The notes: generated by a model from the letters alone, not told the origin. 64,000 nucleotides of DNA from Octopus vulgaris (GCA_951406725.2 OX597824.1:13516001-13580000), one strand, 5' to 3'. Positions 13,053 to 28,280 are shown, counted from the first letter of the stretch. Translations and numbers: made by a program.

Positions 13053-13992
13053 GGTGAAATCCCAATTCCATTCTGTGAAAAATTATGCTGGGATTTATGC
13101 TAAAAGATGGAACATTAGCTACTAACAATCTGAAATCCGTGAGACAGATTTATATAAATTGATGTAGGGGATAAAATGACTCACTAATTGCTATAGAATA
13201 TTTTAGCTTCCACAATTTACGTTTTGAGCAGATTGAATTCTCGTCTTAATTTCGGCTTCTCAAGATATTGCTGTTTGTCCTGCAAATCTCCATGCTCACG
13301 TCAAGGCGTTTCCAGACCAATTATGCCGTTGCGGGCCCTGGAATTTCTCACCCAATTTTTTCCATTTCTCACTCTTTTGGACGTTCTTCATGATGTGAAC
13401 ACGAGAGCCGATTGGTTAGGTATAGAAATAAATATACAAACTCTCATTCAAATATTTCATTTGGCTTGATAATCCTTTTTGCGCTTATGTTCAAGCTATG
13501 ATATGGGTGCCACCAGTTCCCAAGGAACACATCTGCCTTTGAAAAGTTTTATATTTTAAGATATTTTACTGGGTGCATACAAATATTCTAGTCCCTAATA
13601 GGGACCTGTATAATCATCGATCATTCAACTATTAACAAGTAGTAAGGAATACGTTGTTATCAGTAAAATGTTGCTATCAGCCTCTGTTAGAATTGGTCCT
13701 GGTAGTGTTGTGTAATATTTTGAAGAATTCGACGGCTGTAGAACTACAAGTAAGCGTCTACTTACCCATGACTTAATCACGGATTCATATATTCTATCTA
13801 ACAAAACTTTACTTCTTGAATGCCACTAAAACCTTTGAAAAAATGTATAAACATCATGAAACAGTTTAGCAAGAAACACTTGTATTAAATTATATGAAAA
13901 GAAAGATCGCAATATTTTAGTGCCAGGAATGTAAAAGAGCTTTCGTTGAGTTTAGCTTGAATTTGGTTCTGGCGCTTCGAAGCTTATGACCA

Positions 13993-14290
13993 TCAGGATT
14001 ATAGCCGATGTGATCAACAGAACAACCTACTCGTCAATTTAACGTGCAAGTGACTGAGAACGCTACTGACACGCATAACTCTAACGTAGTTTATAGGGAG
14101 ACTCGACGTGACACAGAATGTAACAAGGCTGGCCCTTTCAGCTACAGGTACAGCACATTTTGCCAGCTGAGGAGACTGGAGCAACGTGAAATAATGTGTC
14201 TTGCTCGAGGACATACGCGCTGCAAGGAATCTAACTCGCGACCTTACGCGCGTGAGCGGTACACCTTAACCTCTAAGCCACGCACCTTCT
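13993..14290 (-). mobile_element. tRNA-derived SINE (head H2 + tail T1)
   Basis: Reverse-complement copy of the 12040-12362 family. Confidence 0.75.
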
Positions 14291-14789
14291 CTATGATTTG
14301 GTTCCAATTACTGAGTTAGAGCAATTTAACTTCAACTCCTTTGCTGGCACTTATGTGGAAATGCATAATGAAGTGATATCCTGCTATCCCCATTCAGCTA
14401 AAACTATGACAAGTGATCTAACAAAGCCAGTAAGGATGAATGGTTGAAGAATTCAATCACAGACGTTACCAACTTATAAACACAAATTATGTCTTTTATT
14501 ATCTGACTCTACTCTCTAGTTCTTGGTCCTGCCTCTTTCATCTGCCTCCTTGATGTGTCTACTCGTTCTTTCATCTCTTCCTCCACTGCCACCACCATCA
14601 CCATCATAATTCTTATCCACATCATCATCATCTTTTTCTTCTTCTTCTGTTTATGTTGGCGTGCGTCAACAATGCAGAAATCTACATTACTTTCAAATGT
14701 ATCAATGTACTCACCTGCCAATGACATGCATTCTAAAGTATGTCATACAGCCTACTCCCACGATACCTATATATTTCTGCCTGTTAGTG

Positions 14790-14938
14790 TTTGTATGTAT
14801 ATATATATCTCACTCTCTCTCTCTCTCTTTTTCTCTCTCTCATATATATATATATAACGGTATATATAACGATATATATATATATAAAAATATATATATA
14901 TATAGTTATATATATATATAAATATATATATATATTAT

Positions 14939-14996
<58 letters not shown>

Positions 14997-15183
14997 ATAT
15001 ACATATACCTTTATATGTATATACCGTTATATATATAATTATATATATGCCATTATATATATATAGTTATATACATATACCGTTATATATATAGTTATGT
15101 GTATATATATCGTTGTATATATGTATATATATATATCGTTATATTTATATATATACATATATATATGCATATATATATCGTTA

Positions 15184-15217
<34 letters not shown>

Positions 15218-15375
15218 CTGTGTATATTTTTTGTATGTACGTATGTATGTATGCATGTATGTATGTATGTATGTACGTACGTATGTATGTATGTATGTAT
15301 GTATGTATGTATGTATGTATGTATGTATGTATGTACGTACGTACGTATGTATGCATGTATGCATGCATGTACGCA
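14790..15375. repeat. Compound (TA)n/(TATG)n microsatellite
   Basis: Direct inspection. Confidence 0.9.
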
Positions 15376-15679
15376 CGCTCTCATGAGGCACAGAGATTAC
15401 TGATCACCTGTTAAGGTAAAGTGTACTGTTTACAAGTCATATGGAGAGTGTATTTAGTTATCATTTACACATGCAGTTTTGTTTGCTTATTTATTCAGTT
15501 TCACGGTGAAATAGAAATAAGCTGATTTAATCAGACTTTGTAAGATACAGTAAAGGACATACTTCGATACTTTTTACCACGTTCCTATCCAATATCGATC
15601 GCATCATAAGATCCTTTTTCATAACAAAGCATAACGGCAAATATATATAACGCTGCTAAAAGCAATGGCTGGGTACTTA

Positions 15680-16457
15680 GAAAGAGAGAGAACGAGAGAA
15701 TGACAAAAGAGAGACAGAGAAACAGAGAGACAGAACTAAACACAGAGGGAGGGTGGGAGAGAGAGGGAAAGAAACAGAGAGGTAGAGAGAGAGAAAGACA
15801 AATATAAATATAAGGAAAATAGCGAAGTCGGTGAAAGACAACGTTGTTCTGTTAAAGAAAAATAAAATGGAGGAAAATGGAGGAAAGATTCCATGTTTGG
15901 TTGGTTGCTTCTGAGATTTCTTTTCTTTAGATTTTCGTTTTGCTTTTATAATCGTCATTGTTGTTGTTTTCATTATTGTTGTGTTCTTTTCCTTCTCACC
16001 CCACCTCTCTCGTCTTCTCCTCTTATTCCTTCTCACCACCTCAGCATTCACTCATTTATTCATTCATTTTTCTTCTTTTCTACTTTCCCTTCTTCACTTC
16101 CTTCTGTTTTTCTCCTCCTCCTCCTCCTCCTCTTCCTAGTCGTTGTCTTCATTCATATTCTTTTTCTAGTTTCACTTTTCCTTTTTCTTCATCTTCTTAT
16201 TCTTATTGTTGTTCGTCTCCTTGTTGTTCTCTTATTATTGTTCGTGTTCCTCTTGTTCTTGTTCTGCTTATTTGCCTTCTTTAACTTCTTTTCTTTGAAC
16301 CTTCTTCAGCTTCTTCCTCTTCATCTTCTACTTCCTCCTCCTCCTACTGTTCTCCTCCTACTCCCACCCCCATTCTTTCTCAACTTCTTGTTTCCGCGTT
16401 CATATTTCCACGTTTCACCGTCTTCAAAGAAAATTGATATTTGTTTAGAAAATATGT

Positions 16458-16489
<32 letters not shown>

Positions 16490-16490
16490 T
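15680..16490. repeat. Low-complexity GA-rich then CT/CTT-rich tract ending in (TAC)n
   Basis: Direct inspection; explains the Leu/Phe-rich pseudo-ORFs. Confidence 0.85.
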
Positions 16491-17152
16491 AAGACAATGC
16501 GAGCGTTTTCTTCCATGTCTGTATTACAATAATTTTTTATGCCAGAGAAGATGTTAGTTATAAACGTTATACATTTACGAGAGTATCGCCGACTTAAATG
16601 GAACAGATTAAGAAATATTTCTATTGAAAATTAAACTAAGTCACGCAATTAGGTTAACTGTGCTTCTACCCCGGCAAAGATACTACCACATACATATTAG
16701 AATGTGTTTCTGATATAGACACGAGGAGGGGGGAAAAATGTTTAGCATTGCTTCAGTAAAGACTGAAAATGATGGATGTTTTAATAAAATCGGTCAATCT
16801 ATTCTATAAGAGCAGCGAGCCGTTATACACACTCGCACATCAAGTACTACCACCACAAACAGCAACATCAACCATTCCACCGCTACCACCACCACCACCA
16901 CCACCACCACAACAACAACAAAACTACCACCTGAATCACATTGATACATATATTGAACTTGATATTGGCATATATGAAACAATTCATCATCCAATGGTTC
17001 AAATTATCTTCTTGTCTGTTTTTATAAATGTAGGTATTTGTTACGTGCGTATGTTTATATTATATATATATATAATACATAGAGACATATCTACATGGAG
17101 AAAGTCAGATAAAATATAGATGCATCAAATTATTATTTTCCTTATCTATACC

Positions 17153-17189
<37 letters not shown>

Positions 17190-17222
17190 CCCTACAACTC
17201 CACTTTGTTATATATATATATA

Positions 17223-17363
17223 TTAGGTTGTCCCAAAAGTTCGTAAACACTTGCGAAAATTGAATTTTTACTCGCCAAGTACTAACAAAAACAACAAAAA
17301 TTATTTCTCAAAATAAAGACCATTATTTTCCAAGACTTTCTACGAACTTTTGGGACAACCTTA
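17223..17363. mobile_element. Tc1/mariner-type MITE within a TA tract
   Basis: Perfect 21-bp TIR AGGTTGTCCCAAAAGTTCGTA (17225-17245) / TACGAACTTTTGGGACAACCT (17341-17361), flanked by TA repeats. Confidence 0.85.
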
Positions 17364-17372
17364 TATATATAT

Positions 17373-17403
<31 letters not shown>

Positions 17404-17552
17404 ATATATATATATATAAATATTTATGTATGTATATATATATAAATATTTATGTATGTATATATATATATATATTTATGCATGTATGTATGTATATATA
17501 TATATATGTATCTATATATATATATATATATATAAATATTTATGTATGCATG

Positions 17553-17583
<31 letters not shown>

Positions 17584-17640
17584 GTATGTATGTATATATA
17601 TATATATATATATAAAAATATATATATATGGGGGGGGGGG

Positions 17641-17814
17641 CGAATTCACGAAAAAAGCAAAAGACGAAGACGGGTGGTGTAGAAAAGAAACAGATGTATT
17701 AGTATAACGCTCAGGAATTGAAAACGTCTTTAACATTTCGAGCCCACGCTCTTCCACAGAAAGGAGCACAGAAAGAAACAAGGAGAGAAAAAATGTTTTT
17801 AGTGGCTACCGATC

Positions 17815-17818
<4 letters not shown>
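17641..17818 (-). mobile_element. Family HH2 element, copy 2
   Basis: Same sequence family, flanked by TA repeats; core CTGTGGAAGAGCGTGGGCTCGAAATGT. Confidence 0.7.
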
Positions 17819-17862
<44 letters not shown>

Positions 17863-19202
17863 AGACAGTCACACACATACTCACACAAACGCGCACACTC
17901 ATACGTGCATGCACACGTACATGCGTGTGTATATATGCATATGTTATACGTATGTATATGTAGATATATACATATATAAATGCATAATTATGTATGGGAG
18001 CAAGCATATCTCTGTGCTATGAAGTTTTCTTCATATCCACAGGATTCCTGATTCAGTTCATCTAAGTCGAACCTTGGGAAGGATTTTTCCGCTCTCACTC
18101 TAGCCAACCAAATCGAAATGAATGAATTTGGTTGCGGGAAACTAAAAGAAGCCCGTTGGATATATATATATATACTATGAAATTCTGCTTGTCATTGCCT
18201 TACTTACCCGTCGGTAACGCTTTCATGTAATTAAGAAAAAGAGGGAGACGGATAAGGCGGAAGGGAGAACAAAGGTGAGAGAGAAGCGTCCATGACGTGA
18301 GGTAGGGGGGGAATGTGATATTTATTGCGTAGATAAAAAAAGTTAGTTAAAAGAAGAGGAGAATAGTTAAAAATATAATTTTAGCAGAGGGGTGATGTTC
18401 TGATGGAGAGATTAAAGAAAGGCAGAGAGAGAGAGAGAGAGAGAGGGAGGGGTACAGAAAGAAAGAGTAGAAAGTGATGGGGTGAGAGAGATTATGATGG
18501 TGCTGGTGGTGGTGGTGGTGCATATGATTGGATAGTGAAAAATGCATTCCTTTTCTTAATTGAACTCAGTTTTTTTTTATATATCACCTATTACTTAACG
18601 CTCATTTGTGTGGCAAATATATGCAATTTAACTAAAGGTTGTATCATATCTACGGGATAATTTTTTGTTTTGTTTATGGGGGAAATGGAAAAATAAGAGT
18701 GAATATTTATTTTATGAGTGCTGTGTGTTAATTCTATAAAAGTGTGCATAAATTATATAAAGTGCATTAAGTAATCACCGTATTCCAAGTCTTTTAACTT
18801 TTCAATGAGTAACAAAAGTGAGATTGTCTTTCCATAAAGACACTGCACAGGCTACGCTTTCAGGTCGTTTGAATAAAATTTTCAGAATTAACCCAACAGG
18901 CTTAACATTAATTCCATAATATAGTCACAGTTCCCACTAATGAATTATTAAGGTGGCTATTCGCAATTTAGAACCGAAATGCAACAAGAAAAGACGTCAC
19001 TAAAGTAACGGAGGTTGCTAGTAAGCACCAACATATCGAGATATAAAAGTCAAAACAACTCTCAGCCAATTCAGAACACTTTCCTAACGAATAACAGGGG
19101 AGACAGGCTCCCTCCCTACGACAAGCGAGATGGAGTCATATCAGCGCTGATTTCAGACTTAATTACTCTTTATCAGTGACCCATTACTCCGTCGCTGAGG
19201 GT

Positions 19203-19253
<51 letters not shown>

Positions 19254-19271
19254 TTATATATATATATATAT

Positions 19272-19462
19272 AACGGGAAGCTTTATGAAAATAAACAAAA
19301 GACGAAGGCAGGTGTAATACAAACAAACAATTACATTAGTATGGCGCTCAGGAATATAAATAAAACAAGTCTTACGTTTCAAGCCTACGCTCTTCAACAG
19401 AAAGATACACAGAAAAGAAACAAGGAGAGAAAAAAGGAGCGTGCAGAGGCTAGCGAATCAAC
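19272..19462 (-). mobile_element. Family HH2 element, copy 3
   Basis: Same family; core CTGTTGAAGAGCGTAGGCTTGAAACGTA. Confidence 0.7.
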
Positions 19463-19486
19463 ATATATATGTGTGTATGCATGTAT

Positions 19487-19610
19487 AAATAGTGTTAGAG
19501 ATAGAAACACCCACAGCTTCATCAACTCCAAACGATATTAACTCAACCAAGCCATAAAATATCGTTTGGAGTTGATGAAGCTGTGGGTGTTTCTATCTCT
19601 AACACTATTT
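19487..19610. repeat. Perfect 53-bp inverted repeat with 18-nt loop
   Basis: 19487-19539 is the exact reverse complement of 19558-19610. Confidence 0.95.
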
Positions 19611-19748
19611 TGATATATATGAATTAATTATTGAGAGTAATTCGATTTAATAGTTTAATTTGAATGTCTCATTCCTGTGGCACTGGAATTGATATTTCCT
19701 AATTACTATAATATATATATACATATATATATATATACATATATATAC

Positions 19749-19791
<43 letters not shown>

Positions 19792-20715
19792 TGTCTCTCT
19801 CTTCCATCTTTTCTCTTTTCAAAAAAAATGTTTCTCCTAGCTCTCACTATTTTCCTCACGTTCTGGTCTAACGACCCTCCATGTTGGTTTTCGTTCGGTT
19901 TCGTTGTATGTCTTCACTGTCATGTTTTTGTTCCCAACTTTGACGCTCCATAAATCCTAAATTTTATTTTAGAATTTATGGGAGCAACTGTCTTTGAAGA
20001 CTCATATTGTCGTTGAATGCTCGAAATGAGGAATGGATAGACAGCCGACAACTGTGTTTACTTGTCCTGTTTTCCATTTTCTTGTTGGTGTTTCATGTTA
20101 TTTGCACCGTTAGTGACGTCCTGTATATATATATATATATATATATAGATATATATACTCTCTTATGCACACACGCACCTTCAGGTTGGAGCGAGGTCAC
20201 TTGACCTTGTTATCTCCCCTACTATCCTTCTAGCGTCTAACGTCTGATCTCTAACGTTTGACCTCCGATCTCTTACTTCTGAAATCAGAACTCCATGTAT
20301 GCATGTATGTATATATATATATGTATATATATATGAGAGAGAGATGATATGTATGCATGTATGTACATATAACGTGCGTGTGCGTATGGCTTGGTTTGTG
20401 GATCCCACATTCGTTGGTTCGTTTACGGTCATAAATTAGCTGTTCCGCAACGTAGACCGATAAGATGAGTAGCAGGCTTTAAAACAATAAGTACTAGGGT
20501 CTATTCGGTCGACTTAAAGTCTATAAATCGATGCCTCAGTGTCTGACTGATATAACTAAAAGATAAAAGGTGTAAGTTTATAAGGAAACACACACTCATA
20601 CACACACGCGCGCGTATACACTCACTTAACGTGAGACATATGTTGGATGATAAACACTGATAGATAAACAGCTAGACAATAAAATAGTATTTCAATGTAA
20701 TTAAGAATAAATAAG

Positions 20716-20879
20716 GCGCAGGAGTGGCTGTGTGGTAAGTAGCTTGCTTACCAGCCACATGGTTCTGGGTTCAGTCCCACTGCGTGGCACCTTGGACAAG
20801 TGTCTTCTGCTATAGCCCCGGGCCGACCAATGCCTTGTGAGTGGATTTGGTAGACGGAAACTGAAAGAAGCCTGTCGTA

Positions 20880-20917
<38 letters not shown>

Positions 20918-21141
20918 TGTGCGTGTTTGTGTGCCTGTGTTTGTCCTCCTAGCATTGCTTGACAACCGATGCTGGTGTGTTTATGTCCCCGTTACTTAGC
21001 GGTTCGGCAAAAGAGACCGATAGAATAAGTACTGGGCTTACAAAAGAAAGAATAAGTCGCGGGGTCGAGTCGCTCGATTAAAGGCGGTGCTCCAGCATTG
21101 CCGCAGTCAAATGACTGAAACAAGTAAAAGAGTAAAGAGTA
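20716..21141 (+). mobile_element. tRNA-derived SINE, family A
   Basis: Full-length match to the 1262-1662 copy. Confidence 0.85.
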
Positions 21142-21925
21142 AATGGCACAGATTCTCTGTCCCCCTCATATAAAATACGTGGGGGTGTGCGTGTGTTTGC
21201 TCCTTTTCCCTCCTCTTTTCCTCCTTCTTCTTCTCATTCTCCTTCCTTTTCTTCTTCTCCTCCTCCTTCTTCTCATTCTTCTTCTCCTCCTCCTCCTTCT
21301 TCTTCTTTATTATTATTATTATTACTATTATCATCATCATCATCATCATCATCTTCATCATCATCATTTTCTGACTGCTATTGTAATTGTTGTTGTCGTT
21401 GTTCTCCATACGCACACAATCTTTGTTGATAACGTGCTCTTTCTGTAATCGTTTTTGGCTATTGCTGGTTAATGACGATGTTACTGTTATTGTTGTTGTT
21501 CTTCTTCTTGCAGCTGCTATTACTGCTGCTGCTGCTGCTGCTGCTGCTATTTTTACTGTCATTAAAATCTCTTTGGAAGATTTAATTGCAAAATCCCATG
21601 CAATTCGATTTGATCACCATATTATTCTTAATTTTCGTTTGGAATCTCCAGAGTAACATTTTAAAGATAATTCCTCTCCTTACTCTCTTTCTCTCTAAAT
21701 ATACACATATATATATATATAAATGTACGTATATCCAAACATACATATGTATGTACATTGTATGTATACATACACACACTGCGTGTGTGTGTGTTTGTGT
21801 GTGTGTGATTCTATCTTTCTCTACTTGACATGCTCAAGCTGCATTTCATTCAAAAATACGAACATAATCACAAGCTAACGCTCAGATGCTAAAAGTCTTA
21901 GAGACACGCAATCACACAAGTGCAC

Positions 21926-23010
<1,085 letters not shown>

Positions 23011-23286
23011 GTACATACTTGTATCATATGTCACTCTCTCTTTCTTCTGTCTATCTATCTATCTATCTATCCCTCCATCTATATGTCTTTCGCGTTGCCT
23101 GGAGAAGATTTTTAACTGTGTAGCCATCATTCACTCACTTTTTCCCACTTTTCTCCATATTTATCACTTGCAAATAAAACCAGACACGGATGTATGCAGA
23201 AGTCCATGTAGATATAACCATGCAAACCTACATTACATAGATTCACAAACAAATACACACACAAACACCCGTTCACACACATATGT

Positions 23287-23369
<83 letters not shown>

Positions 23370-23440
23370 CCGGAGTAAGTAAATAAATGTGAAACAAGGT
23401 GGAAAAAAGAGTACTCAAATACCAGAGGTAAAGTAATATG

Positions 23441-23573
23441 CTTTATTTAAAAGCAGCAGAAATATAACAAAAGCTGTTACTGGGAGTTTCGCGTCCCCGT
23501 TTGACGGAAAATTTTTGTTAAAACAGAACAGAAATAACAGCTTTTGTTATATTTCTGCTGCTTTTAAATAAAG
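23441..23573. repeat. Perfect 39-bp inverted repeat in a TA-flanked element
   Basis: CTTTATTTAAAAGCAGCAGAAATATAACAAAAGCTGTTA (23441-23479) and its reverse complement (23535-23573). Confidence 0.92.
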
Positions 23574-23749
23574 TACATATATATTATCTATATATTAGAG
23601 AAAGGTATTATCTATATAGAATACACTTTCTAATGCTCAACAGATTTGAACTTGAGCAGGTAGAAGAATAAATATAAGTACATATAAGTACATATAAATA
23701 TAAGTACATGCAAGTTAGACAAGTCAATATATAAAAGGCGTAGGCAAAA

Positions 23750-24176
23750 AAGATATGCCATAAGATCCTGGAAGAACTTCGGCATCGAGAGTTACACAAA
23801 TGCCAGAACTGGGCGCCACTGCGTAGTGCCAAGGCTCCAAATTTGCCATCAAGATGTAGGACAAGATACTGTGATAGCCTGGGCTTCCGAGGCCCACAGC
23901 TCTTCAATATCCTCCCGAAGAAACTAAGAGACCTGCATGGGGTGGATGCAGATGTCTTTAAAATTAAACTGGATCTCTTCTTGTCAGGTATCCCAGATGA
24001 ACCAACTTCACGACAGGAGGTGCAGATGAGGGCAGCTGCATCGAACTCTCTCATGCACCAAATGGCAGTTGCTAAAAAGCATTCGTGAAGTAAAACCATG
24101 CAGCAACACCAAATGGCGGTGCCCCAGCATGGCCACAGCTCGTGAGCTGAAACTAGAATCAATCAATCAATCAATC
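23750..24176 (+). mobile_element. 3' end of a CR1/L2-group LINE
   Basis: Peptide RGPQLFNILPKKLRD...FKIKLDLFLSGIPDEP...RAAASNSL resembles LINE ORF2 C-termini. Short 3' UTR with hairpin CAGCTC-GT-GAGCTG and an (AATC)n tail. Confidence 0.75.
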
Positions 24177-24403
24177 ATACATTTAATACGAAAAAATGTA
24201 CATATAAAAATCTTCGACTTACACAGAATAGAAACGGTATCAGGAATTTAAGGCGTTGAATATGAGTTTTACGAGTCCAGCAGCTGTTTCTCATATCATT
24301 TCTATTTTGTGTGAGTCGGACAATTTTAAATGTGCATTCTTTGTATTACATGTATTCAATAATATTTTCTGTATATCGACTTGCATAACTCCATTGGCCT
24401 TAC

Positions 24404-25021
<618 letters not shown>

Positions 25022-25053
25022 AGATAGATAGATAGATATATAGGTATAGATAC

Positions 25054-25103
<50 letters not shown>

Positions 25104-25131
25104 AGATAGATAGATAGATATATATATATAC

Positions 25132-25163
<32 letters not shown>

Positions 25164-25891
25164 CCAAACAAACCTCACGAACAGAAAATGATGATGATGA
25201 AGATGATGATAATGATGATGATGATGATGACGATGATGATAATATTAATAATAATAATAATAAAGAAGAAGAAGAAGGAGGAGGAGAAGAAGAAAAGGAA
25301 GGACAATGAGAAGAAGGAGAAGGAAAAGAGGAGGGAAAAAGGAGCAGGAGGAGGCGAAGAAGAAGGAGGAGGAGGGAGGGAGGAGGAGGAGAGGAAGAAG
25401 AAGGAGAAGAAGAAGAATTACAACAACAGCAATAACTGGAACGGATGGAGTTGAATATTCGTTTTAATGGTTTTAATCTTCTTTAGCTTCGGCTGGATAA
25501 ACCAGGCAACATAGATCTTTCCGTTAAGCAAGTTTATTGTTACTGTGCAAAACAAGATCAGATTTGATGTGTCAGAAGCATATGCGTCGAGGCTCTTCAT
25601 ATCTTAAATCATATCCGCTTTTCTTCGCTACAAATTTTATTATCATAATTGTTTCTATGTCAGAGATTTGTATTGTTTCCTGTGTCACGCGCACGTTACG
25701 ATGCGAGTCTCACATATCTAAATGTATGTTCTGTTGTGCAGTTGTACTTCACGTTATGTCAGTAGGTTATCTCAACCTACCTGCTGCCCCAGAATGGCGA
25801 CCTTTGGGATTTTCTCCCTGCTTACGACCATCATGCAAGCATTGATCTGCAACGGTTTAAAGCTGAACATACACGTTATTTATTTCACTTG

Positions 25892-26122
25892 GTGGCGAGC
25901 TGGCAGAAACGTTAGCACGCCGGGCAAAATACTAAGCGGTATTTCGTCTACCGTTACGTTCTGAGTTCAAATTCCACCGAGGTCGACTTTGCCTTTCATC
26001 CTTTTGGGGTCGATAAATTAAGTACCAGTTACACACTGGGGTCGATGTAATCGACTTAATCCGTTTGTCTGTCCTTGATTGTCCTCTCTGTGTGTAGCCC
26101 CTTGTGGGTAGTAAAGAAATAG
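25892..26122 (+). mobile_element. tRNA-derived SINE, family B (Meta-domain-like core)
   Basis: Head gcgagctggcagaaacgttagc...gagttcaaattcc and core gactttgcctttcatcctttYggggtcgataaattaagtaccag. Confidence 0.8.
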
Positions 26123-26363
26123 TTATTTATTTCACTTGTTTTAAACTCTCTTAATTTTTGTTTAGCTGTTTCACTCACAAGACTTCGACCATGATGGAGC
26201 ACCACCTTCAAGGGTTTTAATCGCTCGAATTGACCCCAATACTAATTTTGGAGTTTGGGACTTATTCTAACAGTATTATTTGCCGAATAGCCAGTTTACA
26301 GTGACGTATACAAATCAACACACGGTTGTCGTGCTTTGGTGAGGGTCAAACACAAACACTCTT

Positions 26364-26760
26364 TTACACTTTTACTCTTGCTTGTTTCAGTTATTTGACT
26401 GGAGCACCGCCTTTAGTCGAACAAATCGACCCCCCAGGACTTATTCTTTGTAAGCCTAGTACTTATTCTATCGGTCTCTTTTCCGAACCGCTAAGATGCG
26501 GGGACGTAAACACACCAGCATCTGTTGTCAAGCGATGTTGGGGGGACAAACACAAACACACATACATATACACACACACACATATATATATAAATATACG
26601 ATGGGCTTCTTTCAGTTTCCGTCTACCAAATTCACTCACAAGGCTTTGGTCGGCCCGAGGCTATAGTAGAAGTCACTTGCCCAAGGTACCACGCAGTGGG
26701 ACTGAACTCGGAACCATGTGGTTCGTAAGCAAACTACTTACCACACAGTTACTCCTACGC
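26364..26760 (-). mobile_element. tRNA-derived SINE, family A
   Basis: Reverse-complement match to 20716-21141; an older partial tail copy precedes it at about 26165-26360. Confidence 0.85.
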
Positions 26761-28062
26761 AAGCCAAATAAAAAATCTTTCTCTCTCTCTCTCTCTCTCT
26801 CCCTCTCCCCCCCCTCTCTCTCTCTCTCTGGGAATAAATCATTATGTTCCGGTCTCTGTAACATTAAATACATACATCATTTAAGTTTGCACCTTGGTCA
26901 GATTCAGTAATTAGTGAAATTTACAGATTAGGATGGAAGTTAGATGCAGACTGAAAATTTGGAAAGAGAAAATGTTATCAAAGTTGTTTTAAATAGTCAA
27001 GCAATGACTCATGACAATACAGAATTAGAGGGTTTGTAGATTTTAATGAGAGAGGGAGCTTTGATGATAAGATGATAAAATCCCTTGGTATATTCTACTT
27101 CGTGATCATTGCAACTCATTTGTTTTGAAGAATAGATCAGATCAATCTTCCAATAGCAAGGGTGTTCTTAAGAGTAATAAGATCATAGCAGACAAAAGAC
27201 ACGTGGTATGTTCGTAAAATTTCTTCCACCTATCTATATATTATATGTCCGCCCGCCCAGGAAGAGTCTAATTGAGGCTAGTCTACAACAACAATAAATG
27301 TTAGTTTCCTATTACCCATTCAATAAATCCTTTCCATTTTGAACTAACCAACGTAAAACCTCACACACGCACGCACGTACACACACACATACATGCACAT
27401 ACAAACATACACGCACCTTCGACTGACAGTTGCTTACAACTTCACGGTATTTGCTAGCATTATAATGATGCAGTCCTGCATTATACTGCTTGGTGGCTGT
27501 GGCGGCGGTGGTAGTGGTGGTAGTGGTGGCGGCGGTGGTAGTGGTGGTAGTGGTGGTGGTGGTGGTGGTGGTGGTGATGGATTTTGTATCGTGTGTCAGA
27601 ATAAAGAACGGTAATGATCCAAAGAGTTGATAAGTTGATCTCTTCAGTGCCTCAAATTATATTACGGATATATTGTTTGAAGTGTTACGACTCTAGAAAA
27701 TATCTCATCGTATTGATCCCTTTATATAAACACATTCCCAGGATCAATAGAATTTGTATTGAAGTACTAATTATTCCATGCTATATCTACTGTGAGTTTG
27801 TAATTCACCATATGCAGTAAAGGTTTCTTTAATATGATTTGTCACAATTTCAAGAGAAGACAGCCATTCCCTGTTGTACCGATCGACAATTCATGTGTTT
27901 TAAGTTTTCCGATAAGTTAGGATAAAATGTCTACTTGCTGTAAAATATAGGTGTGTGATAGAAGTTATTCTGCTAATAAGAATATGCTACATACCAGTAA
28001 ATACAAAGATGATTGGTAATTGAATTCGTCGTTATTGTATCTGCAGTTCTTCAATATTAATA

Positions 28063-28280
28063 TAATAAAGACTGCGCAAGGAAGAATGCAATGTTTTAAC
28101 AATATTTCAGTTGTTTGTGAAAACCTGTTAAGTCGATAAAAAAGTGTTGAACGCGAAATGGAGTTCTACTAATAAAGACTGTGTAGGGAAGAATGCAATG
28201 TTTTAACAATTTTTCAGTTGTTTGTGAAAACCTGTTAAGGACGATAAAATGTGTGGAACACGAAATGAAGTCCTTCTACT
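28063..28280. repeat. Tandem duplication, two units of about 107 bp
   Basis: taataaagactg...gaagaatgcaatgttttaacaat...gtttgtgaaaacctgttaag...cgaaatg occurs at 28063 and 28170. Confidence 0.88.

Noticed and set aside
15677-16492. Hydrophobic Leu/Phe-rich ORFs resembling membrane proteins
   Set aside because: Products of CT/CTT low-complexity sequence.
27490-27580. Gly/Ser-rich ORF GGGGSGGS
   Set aside because: (GGT)n microsatellite without splice-site support.
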